A DNA stretch of 63,486 bases, filler included, from Collodictyon triciliatum (taxonomy: Eukaryota), in assembly GCA_043381765.1 (NCBI GenBank). It is 7 parts of 7 records of this genome, joined end to end, with 100 filler letters (N's around TTAATTAATTAA, not from the genome) between each part and the next. Parts side by side here need not be neighbours in the genome. Positions count along the whole stretch, not along the records: positions 46,080 to 52,563 come from JBHJMP010002182.1; positions 52,664 to 58,559 come from JBHJMP010002183.1; positions 58,660 to 63,486 come from JBHJMP010002190.1; 4 more parts are not named here. One strand, written 5' to 3'. This document shows positions 51,509-63,486 of this stretch, piece after piece. A program made the translations under genes and the position numbers. Below the pieces are notes generated by a model, which did no database searches, had not been told where the DNA came from, and saw nothing but the letters and a program-made list of their open reading frames with translations. Every line of letters begins with the position of its first letter. Position 1 is the first letter of the stretch.

Positions 51509-52479
51509 ATTGACGAAACCCTAATTTTCCTTTTGAGAATCAAGTCTTCTTTATCAAGAATGGCGCGTTGTCACCCTCTCCTACCATCAAGTATATTTAT
51601 GAAAGACCATAAACGAGTACCCGGTTTGATATACCCCATCATAGTCGTTTCCTGTTATATTTGATGCGTGTGAATGTGAGAATCGAATGTGATGGCAGTA
51701 TTTACCATCTCTGTGAACAGCAACACCGAACTCAATGGAAAACCAGATACTGGTAACAATAGAATGTCATTCTGATTTTACAAGAACAAATCGGCAAGAA
51801 ACTGAAGCAGTTACGCGCGCACGTGTGTTGATTATTGACATTAGATACGAACACACACCTATGTATGACCCGAATACAAGACAAAAGTATTGTTGTTTAA
51901 TATGCAAACGGCTATCCAGGACGAGGATACCTTTTGTTCGGGGCTTATGTTCCTCATGCGAAACGCTTCCTGTGTAGTTCTGACCAGAGCTTATCCTGGC
52001 CTGTGGCTTCTGTTTTCGGCTGTTCATTTGTGGAATTTATAACCACGAAAATATGTCCGCACACACAGAAGCGCGAGAGATAACCAGCACTTTCCTCTCT
52101 TGTCCCGCATTTATTTGCGCAGCGCAGTGCCGAGCTGCGGAGGGATGTGTGGAGTGGGTTCTTTTGTCCTTTCGCCCTTTTTCTTGTGGCATCTCTGTTG
52201 TGGTGTTTTTTTTTTTTCCCTTTCTTTTTCGTTGCTGGAGTCAAGAGTTGAGTCTGAAGAGTATCGTTATTTCATTTTTCATTTTTTTTTTCGTTATTTC
52301 ATTTTTTTCTTTTTTCTTTTTCTTCTTTTTTTCCTTTTTCTTTTCGATTTGATATGATCTTCTACTTACTCTCAGAAACAGGTTTTTTGTTGTCCTCTCC
52401 ATACTCTGGAGAATATTTATTTATTTCATTCGTCTCGGCTTCCCACCTCTTTGTTGCTTCTATCCTCACAATCTCTTGA

Positions 52480-52522
<43 letters not shown>

Positions 52523-52563
52523 TTTTTTTTTTTTTTCTTATCTAACACACGTCCTTTTTTTTT

Positions 52564-52663
52564 NNNNNNNNNNNNNNNNNNNNNNNNNNNNNNNNNNNNN
52601 NNNNNNNTTAATTAATTAANNNNNNNNNNNNNNNNNNNNNNNNNNNNNNNNNNNNNNNNNNNN
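52564..52663. other. Artificial contig linker
   Basis: N44-TTAATTAATTAA-N44. Confidence 0.97.
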
Positions 52664-52734
52664 TGCTGGAGTCAAGAGTTGAGTCTGAAGAGTATCGTTA
52701 TTTCATTTTTCATTTTTTTTTTTCGTTATTTCAT

Positions 52735-52786
<52 letters not shown>

Positions 52787-52929
52787 TTCTGTTCTTGTTC
52801 TTGCGGCTCTTACTGTCACGAACAGACACACGAGCCTTTTGCTTACTCTTTGCTGAGTATGATTTGTTGTCTTCATTTGAGCGACTACCAATGTTTTTTT
52901 TTTTCCCTTCTCATTTGCTCTGTGAAAAG

Positions 52930-55900
52930 ATGCAGCCACAGTTCGTGCGACCAGTGCAGCTGACTCCTTGCTGGGTGTTTTTCCTTGATCTCTTGTTCAC
53001 TTGGATTCTGTTTTTTATTTGCGTGGAAAACGACCTGGATGGTGAAAACTGGGACAATCAAATCGAAGACTACGATGGGACGATTAGTCTGTTTGATGTC
53101 GGCGTAAGTCTATGTTGATGGCTGCCTGCCTTTCTTTTTCTTTTTCCTTTTCTTTCTCCTTTTCTTTCTGATTTCGTTTTTGTTTTTGTTACCTCATCTA
53201 AAGCTTATCTAAATACACTCATTTGATGCGGCTGTAGGATGTCTTATCATGAATACACCCAAACCTAGTTTATTATGCAGCGAATAATTCATTTAACTTT
53301 TTATTAGCTGTTATCGACACTTCGAACTAGTTTCTTGACCTATGCTCTATTAAAAGTGAGGCGAGGTCGCAGCAACATTATTGCGGTTATTTTCTTTACA
53401 ATATTATTTTTCTTTACTTATCGCACCCGTGTCGTAGATTACATTCATCGAAAGTACTTGAATTTTTCATTCATATTCGCATGCTCTTTATTCCTTTTGT
53501 ATTTCATCTCAAATTATTTTCATGTACTCGTTCAGATTGTCTGCGTGATGTTTCAATTGCTCATGATTGCAAAGAGCATACTTTATGACTATGATAATGT
53601 CACACTCTCGGCTATTGTCCTATTGATATATGTGCAGCTGATTGGTGTCGTCGAATTCTTTTCTGTTGTTTTGCCTCCAGGGTCAACGCGTCCTTTTGCC
53701 GTAAACTCTGTGTGCATTAATTTATAATCTCCCTACTAATTTAACAGACATCGCACACATGATATATATTCTCTTCATCTAATGTATCAGTGAATGCGTT
53801 CTTTTTTCCCTTTAAAATCTACCATTCCGCCAATTTGCACCCAAATATTCCATTATTTTATCATTCCCTTTGTTCATATATTAGTTGATATTTAATTGTT
53901 CATACTTCTATCGGCATAAAGCAGAGATGTATTTATCTTTTTATTTATTTATTTATTATTATTATTATTTAAAAGGACCCAACCGAAGAATCACGCCCAT
54001 TGCTATTGGACCCTGAAGCTGGCCCAAGAAATTCTTCGTATCGCAGGTTGTTTTATACGCAGAAAAGGAATTTAATTTTCACCTTGCAACACTCATTACA
54101 ATATGAATCATTTCTAAATAATATCTTGATGATTTTTCTATTAACCCTATTAAATTCTCTCTTTTTTTTCAAATCTTTCTAACACCGTAATTGTCTTGAA
54201 ATAGCACGGAAAAGAATTCTGGACGCTTAATACGGCCTACAAGAAACGAGTATACGGATATTATAGAGAAAACATATCGCCGCCTCAAAGAGGCTGCAAA
54301 GAACGATAAATCTTGGGAAGAAATGGAGCCGAATGATAATATTAAAATTTACAAACGACAAGACGGCCCTCTTACCAGCTCAAAAGTTTTACTTTGTTCT
54401 AAATTTTATATTCTTGTAAAATTCCTTATGAACTATTTCCTCTTCTTGTTTCTCGATAATATACATATATCACAATGAGAGCAATCCTTTAGGGTGTCGG
54501 AATCATTCCCATTTCACCAAAACATGCCTCGTTGCTCGTTCGGAATTTGGATGCTCGGAAGAAATGGGATGAAATGTTCCAAGATGGAGACGAAATCGAG
54601 TGTGTTGATAGGTAATTTTTTCTTTTACTTTTCTATATTTCCTTTTTCTTCTTCTTCTCTTCTTTCTATCTCCATTCCGATTCCGATTCCGGTTCCGGTT
54701 CCGGTTCCGATTCCAATTCCAATTCCGATTCCGATTCCTACTATATATGACGTATGGTATACCGTCGCCTGCAACACCATATATTGACGCTTTATTTTTT
54801 TAATTATCTTTATCTACTTAATTAATATGAAATTATATGGTCGCTATAGATTAACACGCATCCTGCATTTGCGATTTAAATCGGTCTGGCCCACGAAAGC
54901 TCGCGACATGTCCCTGGTTGAAAGTGTAAAAGAAGAGGAAGATGGAACTTTTGTTGTCCTTTCTTCATCGATTAGACATCCACAGGTTTAAATAAAAGAA
55001 TTTAATTATAATTGTATAAATCCGAACTAAAAACTTACGATGGTGTGCTCTTATGCGTAAGTTATGATGTATCATTCGTCTGTAACAGGTACCAGAAAAT
55101 CAAACATTTGTTCGAGGCGATTTGCAATGTGGAGGTTGGATACTCTCTCCTGTTGCTGGGAAACCAAACGCCACGAAAGCAACCTATGTAGTTCAGGTTA
55201 GTTTTCTTTTCGATAGTCAATATTCACATAATATTTGCCGACTTACATCGCACTCAAAACCTTCACTATATCCATATCATATCATCTTATCTTCCTCGAT
55301 GTTTCCAAAAGTATACTATGTTTTACAAAATAGGTGGACCCTTGTGGTAGTATTCCATTGTTTGTTATAAACATGATGGCTACGAAGCAGCCTATGTGTA
55401 TTGCAGCCGTCAGGCGTTGTATCGAGAAAGAACCCCATATTGTAAACGCTTTAGAAGAGGAGAGTGCCGAGGCTGAAGTAAGTCTAGAAATGGCAATTCT
55501 AACACCTACGTTTTTTTTTCTGCTTGCTTTTCGTTAATATGAGAATGAAATATTCACCACAGTCTGGTGTTCAGCCCTCAAACCAAGCTGGGCCGTCCAG
55601 GAAACTTCCCAAAGGTATTGAAACGAAAAACTTGTGATTTTACTCGTGAATTATTTTCGAAAATGAGGGATTATATATCTCAAATCAGGGAGACTAACTT
55701 GCGGTATTAAATTTAGGTGAGTTCAGTCGGTTGCCTGATGAATTTGCCAATGTAAAGAGTAGACCGCGATTTGGTGAGACTTCAAGGACATCGTTTACTC
55801 GCTTGTATGACGCTGCCATGGTAACTTTTTTCCAAAAAAGTTGTAAAATTTCTGAAGAATGAGCCCAATCAATGCCAAATCATCAAAAATTTAACAAACC

Positions 55901-58375
55901 CATGCATTTTTTTTTTTTTTTGTATAAGAAACAACAACAAACCACCATCCTGCACAAAATTGAAAGGAAGAATAAAAAAAAAAATTTCTAGGGCTCTACA
56001 GCAGAAGGGTGGCAACCAGTCGGTGATATTGACGGAGTTAAGATTTCGAAGCAATACTCATCTGTTACTGGAGTGGCATCCTTTAAGGGTGAATAGATTA
56101 AACTCTTTGTTCTCAATAATTTAACTTCCTTTTTTTCCTTCCTCTTCTCGTAATGTCTTATCCAGATAATATCGATGACATTTGATTGCCACAAATATTT
56201 AAAAATAAACCACACATTTTAGGTGTTGGTGTGATTCAAGCCAGCCCCAAGGATGTCTATGACATGGTTACCAATCTAGGACGACGAAGGGATTGGGACC
56301 ATATGTACAAAGGTTTATTCGCATTAATTCACAAATATTTTAACTTCGCCAATTTACATATTGTAATAAATACACATAATTCAAATTGACATTTTGTCTC
56401 TTCTTATAAACTAACATTTCGATCGATATGACGAGCAGAGGGCGCTGTTGTAGAGACTCTAAATGCCAACAATCGAATTGTTTACTTGTCATTTTATGCT
56501 CAAGTGATGACATGGCCTCGAGATTTTTGTTTGCTTGAAAGCCGTCGCGTAAATCTGGACGTATGTACCTTTTCCTTTCAGAATTTCCTTTATTTTTAGC
56601 CTGGTGACTAGATATGAAGTACATAAGTGGCATTCCCTACAGTTTTCTTTAGGCATTGCCCAACCATTCATCCCAATCGCCTGAAATATTAATAGAATGT
56701 ATTTCATAGACAAATTCGTATCACATCGCACTTATTTCCACACAACATCCATCTGTACCTGAATTCAGCGGATTTGTAAGAGGCGAGACTCTATTCGGTG
56801 GATATATCATCGAGCCATTTGCAAATACAAACTACACCAGAATCATTTACTGTGCCAGCATTCACCCGAAAGGATGGATACCCCTTAGCGTTGTTAACTC
56901 TGTCTCTACGAAGCAGCCATTGGTGGGATAATTTCCTCAGATTAATTCACATTTCTCTCTTCTTCCCCAAAACATATTACCTAAAATAAGTGAAAAATAT
57001 GCGCTCTTTTCTTTTTTCTTTCTTTTCTTTTTTTTTTAAAAAAAAAGTTTTTATATATTTTCCGTTTAGGTTATCGCCTCACTTCGAGACCTTTTGGCGG
57101 TCGAGCATCCTATTTCCCCACGTACAGTTCCGGTACAAAATGGTTTGTTACTGAAATCATATTTGATTAATTGTATTGACCATCGTCAATTCATGACCTG
57201 CTTTCATGCCAAATAAATGAGTTATTCGCTTGGTTCTTTTTTTTTCTTCCATTAATTAAATCTTTCATCGGTACCTTTTCTTCTTTTTCTTTTTCTTCCA
57301 GCTGTCCTAAGTGACTCTCCACAAAACGAAGCAAACATAGCTGGTCCATCTGGATCAACTATGCAAACATCAAGTGGTGCTATCGAAATGATTGCGAATG
57401 TTGACGATACTGGTTCTACTGAACAAGGCCCGAATAGTAATATTGCGGTATATATTGAAAAAATTCAAGGGGTTGTTATCAGATTAAAAACTGAGAGCAA
57501 TGGGGGCGAGGATGAAGGTTGGGTGTTCCATTCTCGTCAACAAGATGTGGATATCAGGTTAGTACGGCGGGCACGATTAGCTCTAGATATTTTCTATTAT
57601 ATTCATGTGGATATTAAATAGCTGATTTTCTAATGATCAAATTTTCGTGCGGAATTATTAAATGCATTATTCTTTTAATCCAACTAGTATGAAACGAATT
57701 GGAGACCAGACAGCAACTCGAGGAGTCACTGTATTTGATTATCCAATCAATGTTGTGCATTGGTACCTCTCCCAATCTGATAGGTCTGCAATACTCGCAT
57801 CCGAGTACTTTTTTCCCTCCTTCAAATATGTTTACCTACAGCATTATTATTTCTGAAATCATGACCCTTCGGGGTCATCTGAAAAAATTATTTCTGAAAT
57901 CATTTTCAAAATCATGTAGACGTGTCGATTGGGATTCCATGTTTTTGTCATCAGCTCATATCGAGCAAGTTATCCCCACTGCATCGATATCCCATTACAA
58001 ATTTAAGGTTTTTCTATTCGCATTTAACTTTTCGTAATCTGAAAGGCCTACTGAAAATTTCTACTTGTCCTTCGGTTTTTGACTTATTGCCATTTTGCCT
58101 CTGAGCTTTTCACTTTTTCTCTTTAATAAATAAATGTTATGTCATTTTTCTTACGATTGTTTGATTTGCTTGATAGGCAATCTTTCCGACAAGTCCACGT
58201 GATTTCTGTAGTATTGCATGTCGAGTTGTCGAGCCAGATGGAACTCATATACTTGCATCCACAGCGGTTGAACATGCATCTGTCCCTCCTGACCCGGGTT
58301 TCATTCGTGGCGAATTGGTGACTTCAGGCTTTCTCTTGAAAGCCATCTCTTCATCGCAGACCCAAGTGACATATA
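52930..58375 (+). CDS. MENTAL-like 4-TM domain followed by three tandem START lipid-transfer domains (STARD3/MLN64-like); 3' truncated
   Basis: MENTAL-like: FFLDLLFTWILF..QIEDYDGTISLFDVG|LLSTLRT..LLMIAKSIL..VVEFFSVVLP. START1: RKKWDEMF..VWPTKARDM..SIRHPQVP..FVRG..VDPCGSIPLFVIN. START2: RRDWDHM..WPRDFC..HPSVP..FVRG..PKGWIPLSVVN. START3: RVDWDSMF..FPTSPRDFC..VEHASVP..FIRG. Confidence 0.88.
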
Positions 58376-58395
58376 GTATGGCCATGAATTACTGC

Positions 58396-58396
<1 letters not shown>

Positions 58397-58487
<91 letters not shown>
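58397..58487 (+). repeat. (TTA)n microsatellite
   Basis: Visible. Confidence 0.95.
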
Positions 58488-58559
58488 GCACATAATCATC
58501 CTACCAGATGCTTTTATTTATATTTTGATCATGTTGTGTTGTCCTCTAATCGAAAATAA

Positions 58560-58659
58560 NNNNNNNNNNNNNNNNNNNNNNNNNNNNNNNNNNNNNNNNN
58601 NNNTTAATTAATTAANNNNNNNNNNNNNNNNNNNNNNNNNNNNNNNNNNNNNNNNNNNN
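58560..58659. other. Artificial contig linker
   Basis: N44-TTAATTAATTAA-N44. Confidence 0.97.
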
Positions 58660-59098
58660 TGTATAGATGCTTCATATGTAAAGAATGCAATCGGCCAGAA
58701 AGCAAATAAGCTGTATTCTTGACAAGAGACTTTAACAGCGCTAAAAAAAAAAAAGCTCAACATGGTTCTTTTTATCCTTCATAATATGCATACACCTTCC
58801 TCTAAAAAATAGGATGTCGTGCCTTTCCCGACAGCCTTCACCACTAGACGGCCATAGTGAAAAAAAGTGATGAGACCTTGGATACTAGTAGACCAGGTTA
58901 ACCAGTATTTCGATTAGTATACCCCTTCTAGTATCGGGATATAGTTAGGAGAAAAAAGGACCGTTGCAGCGCCTGAGCGAATTGAAACACAGTCTGCAAT
59001 AAACCGCCTCTAAAAAATTGTGATTCAAACGTAGTACCAGCGCGAGAAAAGTTTTCTGTTCAGTGTTTATCCGAGCGCAGGGTCGAGAGAAGCGTCGA

Positions 59099-59757
59099 TT
59101 ATTCTTTGACAAGGTGCTTGTTAAGCAGCTGCTGCAGACTTGTGAGAGACAGCTGGGGCACACCAAAAACGCCTTGAAGGTTGGAATCACAATTGATAGC
59201 ACGACCTTGGTTGAGTTTGTTGGCTTTGGCGTAATCCCAGCTATGGCCGCATAATGATTATTAGTGATTCGTAGACATGCATACCATTCATACAGACCAT
59301 GTATTAGTGCAGATGTTTATTAATGATGAGGGTTCATGTGCGATGGACTCTAATGCAATATGACAAAAGAAGTCGAATAATGCGAATCCAGCGATAATAT
59401 ATTATGATTCAGAGAATCCAACTGCCTCGATATGGAATACAGTGGAAGAAGTGAAGCAAGGGTACTCACATGACTTTGGTTATCTCGTGGCGTGTTCCTT
59501 GCTCCTTCTGGACAAACTTGCTCAGCTCAGGAGAGAGCCTATAATTAGTCAGCAGTCGTTTGGCACGGGCCTATATGGGTAAGACAGAAATGAGCAGAAA
59601 GTGGTGAGTGTTGGCTTGGATAGTCAATGGTGCTTCTCAATATGATCGAATGGAGGAAGGGGAGGCATTGGCTCCAAACCAACTTAAAATGGGGCCTTAG
59701 ATATACGAGGAAGACGAAAAGTAAAATGAAGTTATTCCTCACGGCATTGACGCTCAT
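59099..59757 (-). CDS. Small stand-alone SWIB/MDM2-domain protein (85 aa, 3 exons), not in the ORF track
   Basis: Exons 59757-59743, 59570-59470 and 59240-59099 (GT-AG, 258 nt) give MSVNAARAKRLLTNYRLSPELSKFVQKEQGTRHEITKVIWDYAKANKLNQGRAINCDSNLQGVFGVPQLSLTSLQQLLNKHLVKE*. This matches the SWIB pattern LSPEL..R.E+.K.+WDY.K.N.L..I.CD..L..+FG..L+.KHL. Confidence 0.85.
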
Positions 59758-60751
59758 GGTGTCTTTTCCAGGGGGTGTGGTGTACTTTCTTCTCTTTGCA
59801 TGACGAGAAGGAAGAAAATAGCAATGTGAAAAGAAAGAAAACATTCTTGGGTAGCTTCATGTTTGATCAAGGGTCTTGCTCTAGGCACCAAGAAAGCAGT
59901 AAAAAAAATTTCATACTCCCTTCTACCCATGTGCATATCGCGCTTGCGTCTTGTTTGCGTATAGTTTACAATTATAACCCGAGAACATTTTCGAAAATCA
60001 ACCAACCAATATTAACTGTGCGAAAAAGGACACGAATCCTCATTAGAGGCTCGATTTTAGGTTGTGGGAAATGAAAGCTCTGGGTCGTTGCGGCAAAGTC
60101 CTCCAAAGTGGTGCTCCTGGCGCGCAGGGGATTTGCGACGCTGCGTTTGTTGCCCCGCACTGATTCATCTGCCTCGTCCACCAGCAATGGTGAATTCCGC
60201 CACCGATTAAATTGCAGTTATACATTTCTGGAAAAATTAATAAATTTATTATTAGACCATAGTCGGTTCATCAAATGGACTTTCTGTGCATATATTAAAC
60301 ATAATATCATAAATTATCATATAACACTAGTAAACAAAGGCGAATAATGAATTGTGGCCGTTTCTCCCATGCCGCAGCCTGTGGCCACTTGCTAATCCGA
60401 AACGTAATTGGATTCGATGAGGAATTAGAGTGTGGGTATTATGTCAACAACCCATTACAAAATACAAAGGCTCATAAATACCCTGGCAGCAAACCGTCGG
60501 GTACCAAGCAGCTGTTTCTTTGATCAAAAATGAGTGATCGAAGGCCTTTTCCACGCAGCCCTGCCAATGAGAACCTTACAGAACGGCAGGAAGCCAAGTG
60601 TCGATACAAATATGAAACAAAGAGGAAGCAAGCATCAATTCCAATGGTGAAGGATGAAAGAAAAAAATAAGAGGAGTGAGCCGCTAACCTTTATTCCTTC
60701 CGCACAAAGCAAACCAAAGCAAACCAAACACATAATTCTACAGCTGCTCAT

Positions 60752-62841
60752 ATGGAGTCCCCGTCTGGCCCCTTTTTTATGTCTGAGTTTGCCTCGTCGC
60801 TGGAGTTCTTCTCGAGTGCGCCTACAAAGTCAACCATCACAACATTCACGAACGCGCCCGAAGCCGAGAGGTATACATTCTGCCACCTCCAGAGTGCGAG
60901 CCAGTACGCAGCTTTTGGGGTTGATCAGCGCCTGGCCTCTCAAACAGAAGAGGCTGAAAGCGCATATGTAGCCTCCTTCTTGAAGGACGAGGCTTTGAGC
61001 CTTTCCGATCAGCCACCTGTTGTTGGAGCCGCAGGAACCACACCAAACAAGCAACAGATCGTCGATCTTGCCGAGGACGATTCGGAGGGGCTCTGCAGCA
61101 CGCACGAATCAAACTCCTCAGGCACCACACTCACAAAAGCTGAGTTGTCTGGAGCTCAGTCGTGCAAGTTGTTTCCTCATGCCTCACCATTTACTTGGGT
61201 GCCGTCAAACTCAAGTCTAGGGGGTTCCTCCTCTGCGCTTTCCCCTTCTGTGATCAAGGTTAATTGCGTTGCAGATCTGAGTATCGAAGTTCAACCCCCG
61301 AGTGAGATACGTACAAAGACGCCAAGGGAAGTTAGGTTTGTTTTGTACGGGGATATGAAACCTACACATGAATAGAAATACATGCACAAAAAATACCTGT
61401 ATGATTTTCCAGAGCACGTGTATTTTAGCATAATTAAGATAAAGAGGAAAATAACCTACAGGACTAGGGAACGAATATATATGAGTTTTCTGTCGGATAC
61501 ATAGTTTATTCAACCCACCCTATTTTTACAGACTCGAATTTTCAGAAACTTGACAAAGGTTAAAAACCTTCAATAGAAACTTCACAGTGGTGGTCAATGC
61601 TTCTGGTCGCCCAGCTTCGGCCTACACACCCATGCTTGTGAGAGCTGAGCTTTACTATGCAGCTCCCGATGCTCATACTCAGCCATTGCCGGTTCCTGGT
61701 GGAGACCGCATTTTGGGTGGCACTACTATTGTTAATGTGCAATCAAACGGTTAGGCCCGACTCACCCCTGTCGCACATATGAAGCTAATCTTTTTATGAA
61801 ATATATGTAATGAAACACTGTGAAATCCAGTGATATTGTCTGCAAATGCTGCAATGCGTATATGAAGTTCGTAAAATTTTCTTATTCTCAAATGCTTTTT
61901 GTTGATTTCAGGATCAGCAGTTTTTAACAATCTAAGTGTCTCCGAAGCATCTACAAAGCATGAGGAGAGAGACTTTTGTATCGGCCTCACTCTGATTGGT
62001 GGAGAACCGATGCAAATTCTAAGCAGGAAATTCACAACGTCTTTTTACACATACTCACACAGAAAGGTCCTCGAGAAAAGAAGTGAGCTTTGATTCGCTG
62101 CACCAAATGTTTTCTTTCCTTCTTTTTTTTTTTNNNNNNNNNNNNNNNNNNNNNNNNNNNNNNNNNNNNNNNNNNNNNNNNNNNNNNNNNNNNNNNNNNN
62201 NNNNNNNNNNNNNNNNNNNNNNNNNNNNNNNNNNNNNNNNNNNNNNNNNNNNNNNNNNNNNNNNNNNNNNNNNNNNNNNNNNNNNNNNNNNNNNTCCTTC
62301 CTTCCTTCCTTCCTTCCTTCCTTCCTTCGGGATACCAGGAAACATAACACTGAAAGCCCTCAGCTGTGCTAATGGATCTACCGAGGGCAGCACTGCTATG
62401 CATGTCATCGGTAGTCCATTTGTGAAAGGTCCCTTCTTTAGTGTCATCTTTATGACTGGGTATGGATCGGTGCGAGTTTCTGCTGTGGACTTGTACTCGG
62501 ATTGTGTAGCTTTCTTTCAATTACCACCGTGCCCTGGTGGCCCTTATCCCCCAGGAACTGAAGTGCCTGCCCTAGTTTGCGTCACAAATGACGGGAAGAA
62601 TTTCTCGGAGCCGCTAGAGTTTGTTTATGTGGCTCGAGGAGGTTTCTTTTCATCTTCTTTTTCTGAAGAAATCCTTGAAAGATTAATTCGAACAAAAACA
62701 AAACAAAACAGAACTGTCACCAGACACCCGGTCGACTTTTTTTTTTACAAGAAAACGTATTAACGGGAAAACTAACAACGTGTAATTACCACTCTAGAAC
62801 CCTCCTCCAAAAAACGTGGTGCTCACTACTCTAGAATGTAG
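60752..62841 (+). CDS. Putative Rel-homology-like (Ig-fold DNA-binding + IPT/TIG) transcription factor, 5 exons
   Basis: Ser/acidic N-terminus; LSIEVQPPSEIRTK..; RILGGTTIVNVQSN|GSAVFNNLSVSEASTKHEERDFCIGLTL; IPT domain ITLKALSCANGSTEGSTAMHVIGSPF..VIF..FFQLPP..VCVTNDGKNFSEPLEFVY; tail EPSSKKRGAHYSRM* (TAG 62839-62841). All junctions are in phase. Confidence 0.7.
62134..62294. other. Plain scaffold gap (161 N, no linker) inside an intron
   Basis: Flanking exons join in frame (KVLEKR|RNITL). Confidence 0.9.
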
Positions 62842-63339
62842 AAACTCGACAACATTATACCATCGACCAGCCGTCGCGACCTATATCTTGTCATTCGCTC
62901 CTTTCCATATCTTATCGTTCGTTATCCTGTTCCCACACCAGCCTTCTCCCCTTCTTTCCCTTACACTATTTTTTTTCCTTTTAAAAAAAAAGAATAAGAA
63001 AATCACGTAAGACTCTTGACTAATCTCCCCGACTGCCTGCCCGCCTCGCCTGACGCGCCATCGGCACCGCACAATATCCCTCGCAGATGTAAAGGCAGGC
63101 CCAACGAGCCAATATGCACATCCATAAACCCATGACCGTGCCAAAGCCTATCACACACCACTACCCCATTGAGACGCATGGCGGACAATCGTAAAATTGC
63201 GGCGGCACAAACGAACATTCAGTAAATTCCAAATATGGATTATAGGCATGCCCAGCCCCGATCAGGAACGACACATAGAAAACAAATTGGTGGGGCGTCC
63301 AGAATCAAATCTCTACACAGAAAGATCACCCACAGAAAC

Positions 63340-63486
63340 AAACCCAACAAAAAACCTAACAGAAAACTAACAAAAAACTAACAAAAAACTAACAAAAAAC
63401 TAACAAAAAACAAACAAAAAACAAACAAAAAACAAACAAAAAACAAACAAAAAACAAACAAAAAACAAACAAAAAACAAACAAAAA
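63340..63486 (+). repeat. 11-bp A/C-rich tandem repeat (AAAAAACTAAC/AAAAAACAAAC)
   Basis: Visible. Confidence 0.9.

Noticed and set aside
58868-58976. Box C (GTGATGA) ... box D (CTGA) candidate snoRNA
   Set aside because: No terminal stem and no recognisable rRNA-complementary guide; such motifs are expected by chance
63340-63486. Terminal A/C-rich repeat as a telomere
   Set aside because: The 11-bp unit is variable, resembles the internal TTTG-type microsatellites and lacks a G-rich telomeric unit

Overview
Draft-assembly DNA from an intron-rich, AT-rich, microsatellite-rich microbial eukaryote (standard genetic code, GT-AG introns with weak donor consensus). It is probably a flagellated protist; an amoebozoan or related lineage is plausible but unproven. 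The window is seven contig pieces joined by artificial 100-nt linkers (N44-TTAATTAATTAA-N44), so gene order across linkers is not evidence of linkage. Manual exon stitching gives about 13 multi-exon genes or gene pieces: an RCC1+2xBTB protein, a 4xPH-actin fusion, a P4-ATPase flippase, a mitochondrial ARM/TM protein, a TKL kinase tail, a p28/AXDND1-like coiled-coil EF-hand protein, a hypothetical protein, a membrane-anchored Ero1, a WD40-helical protein, a myotubularin pseudophosphatase, a MENTAL+3xSTART lipid-transfer protein, a tiny stand-alone SWIB protein missed by the ORF track, and a Rel/NFAT-like (RHD-like+IPT) transcription factor. There is also a GC-rich intronless SAXO-like gene, a decayed GC-rich pseudogene and two low-confidence gene ends. 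The most notable items are the PH4-actin fusion, MENTAL-START3 and the Rel-like factor. No rRNA, tRNA or CRISPR was seen. All family calls come from remembered motifs, not database searches.
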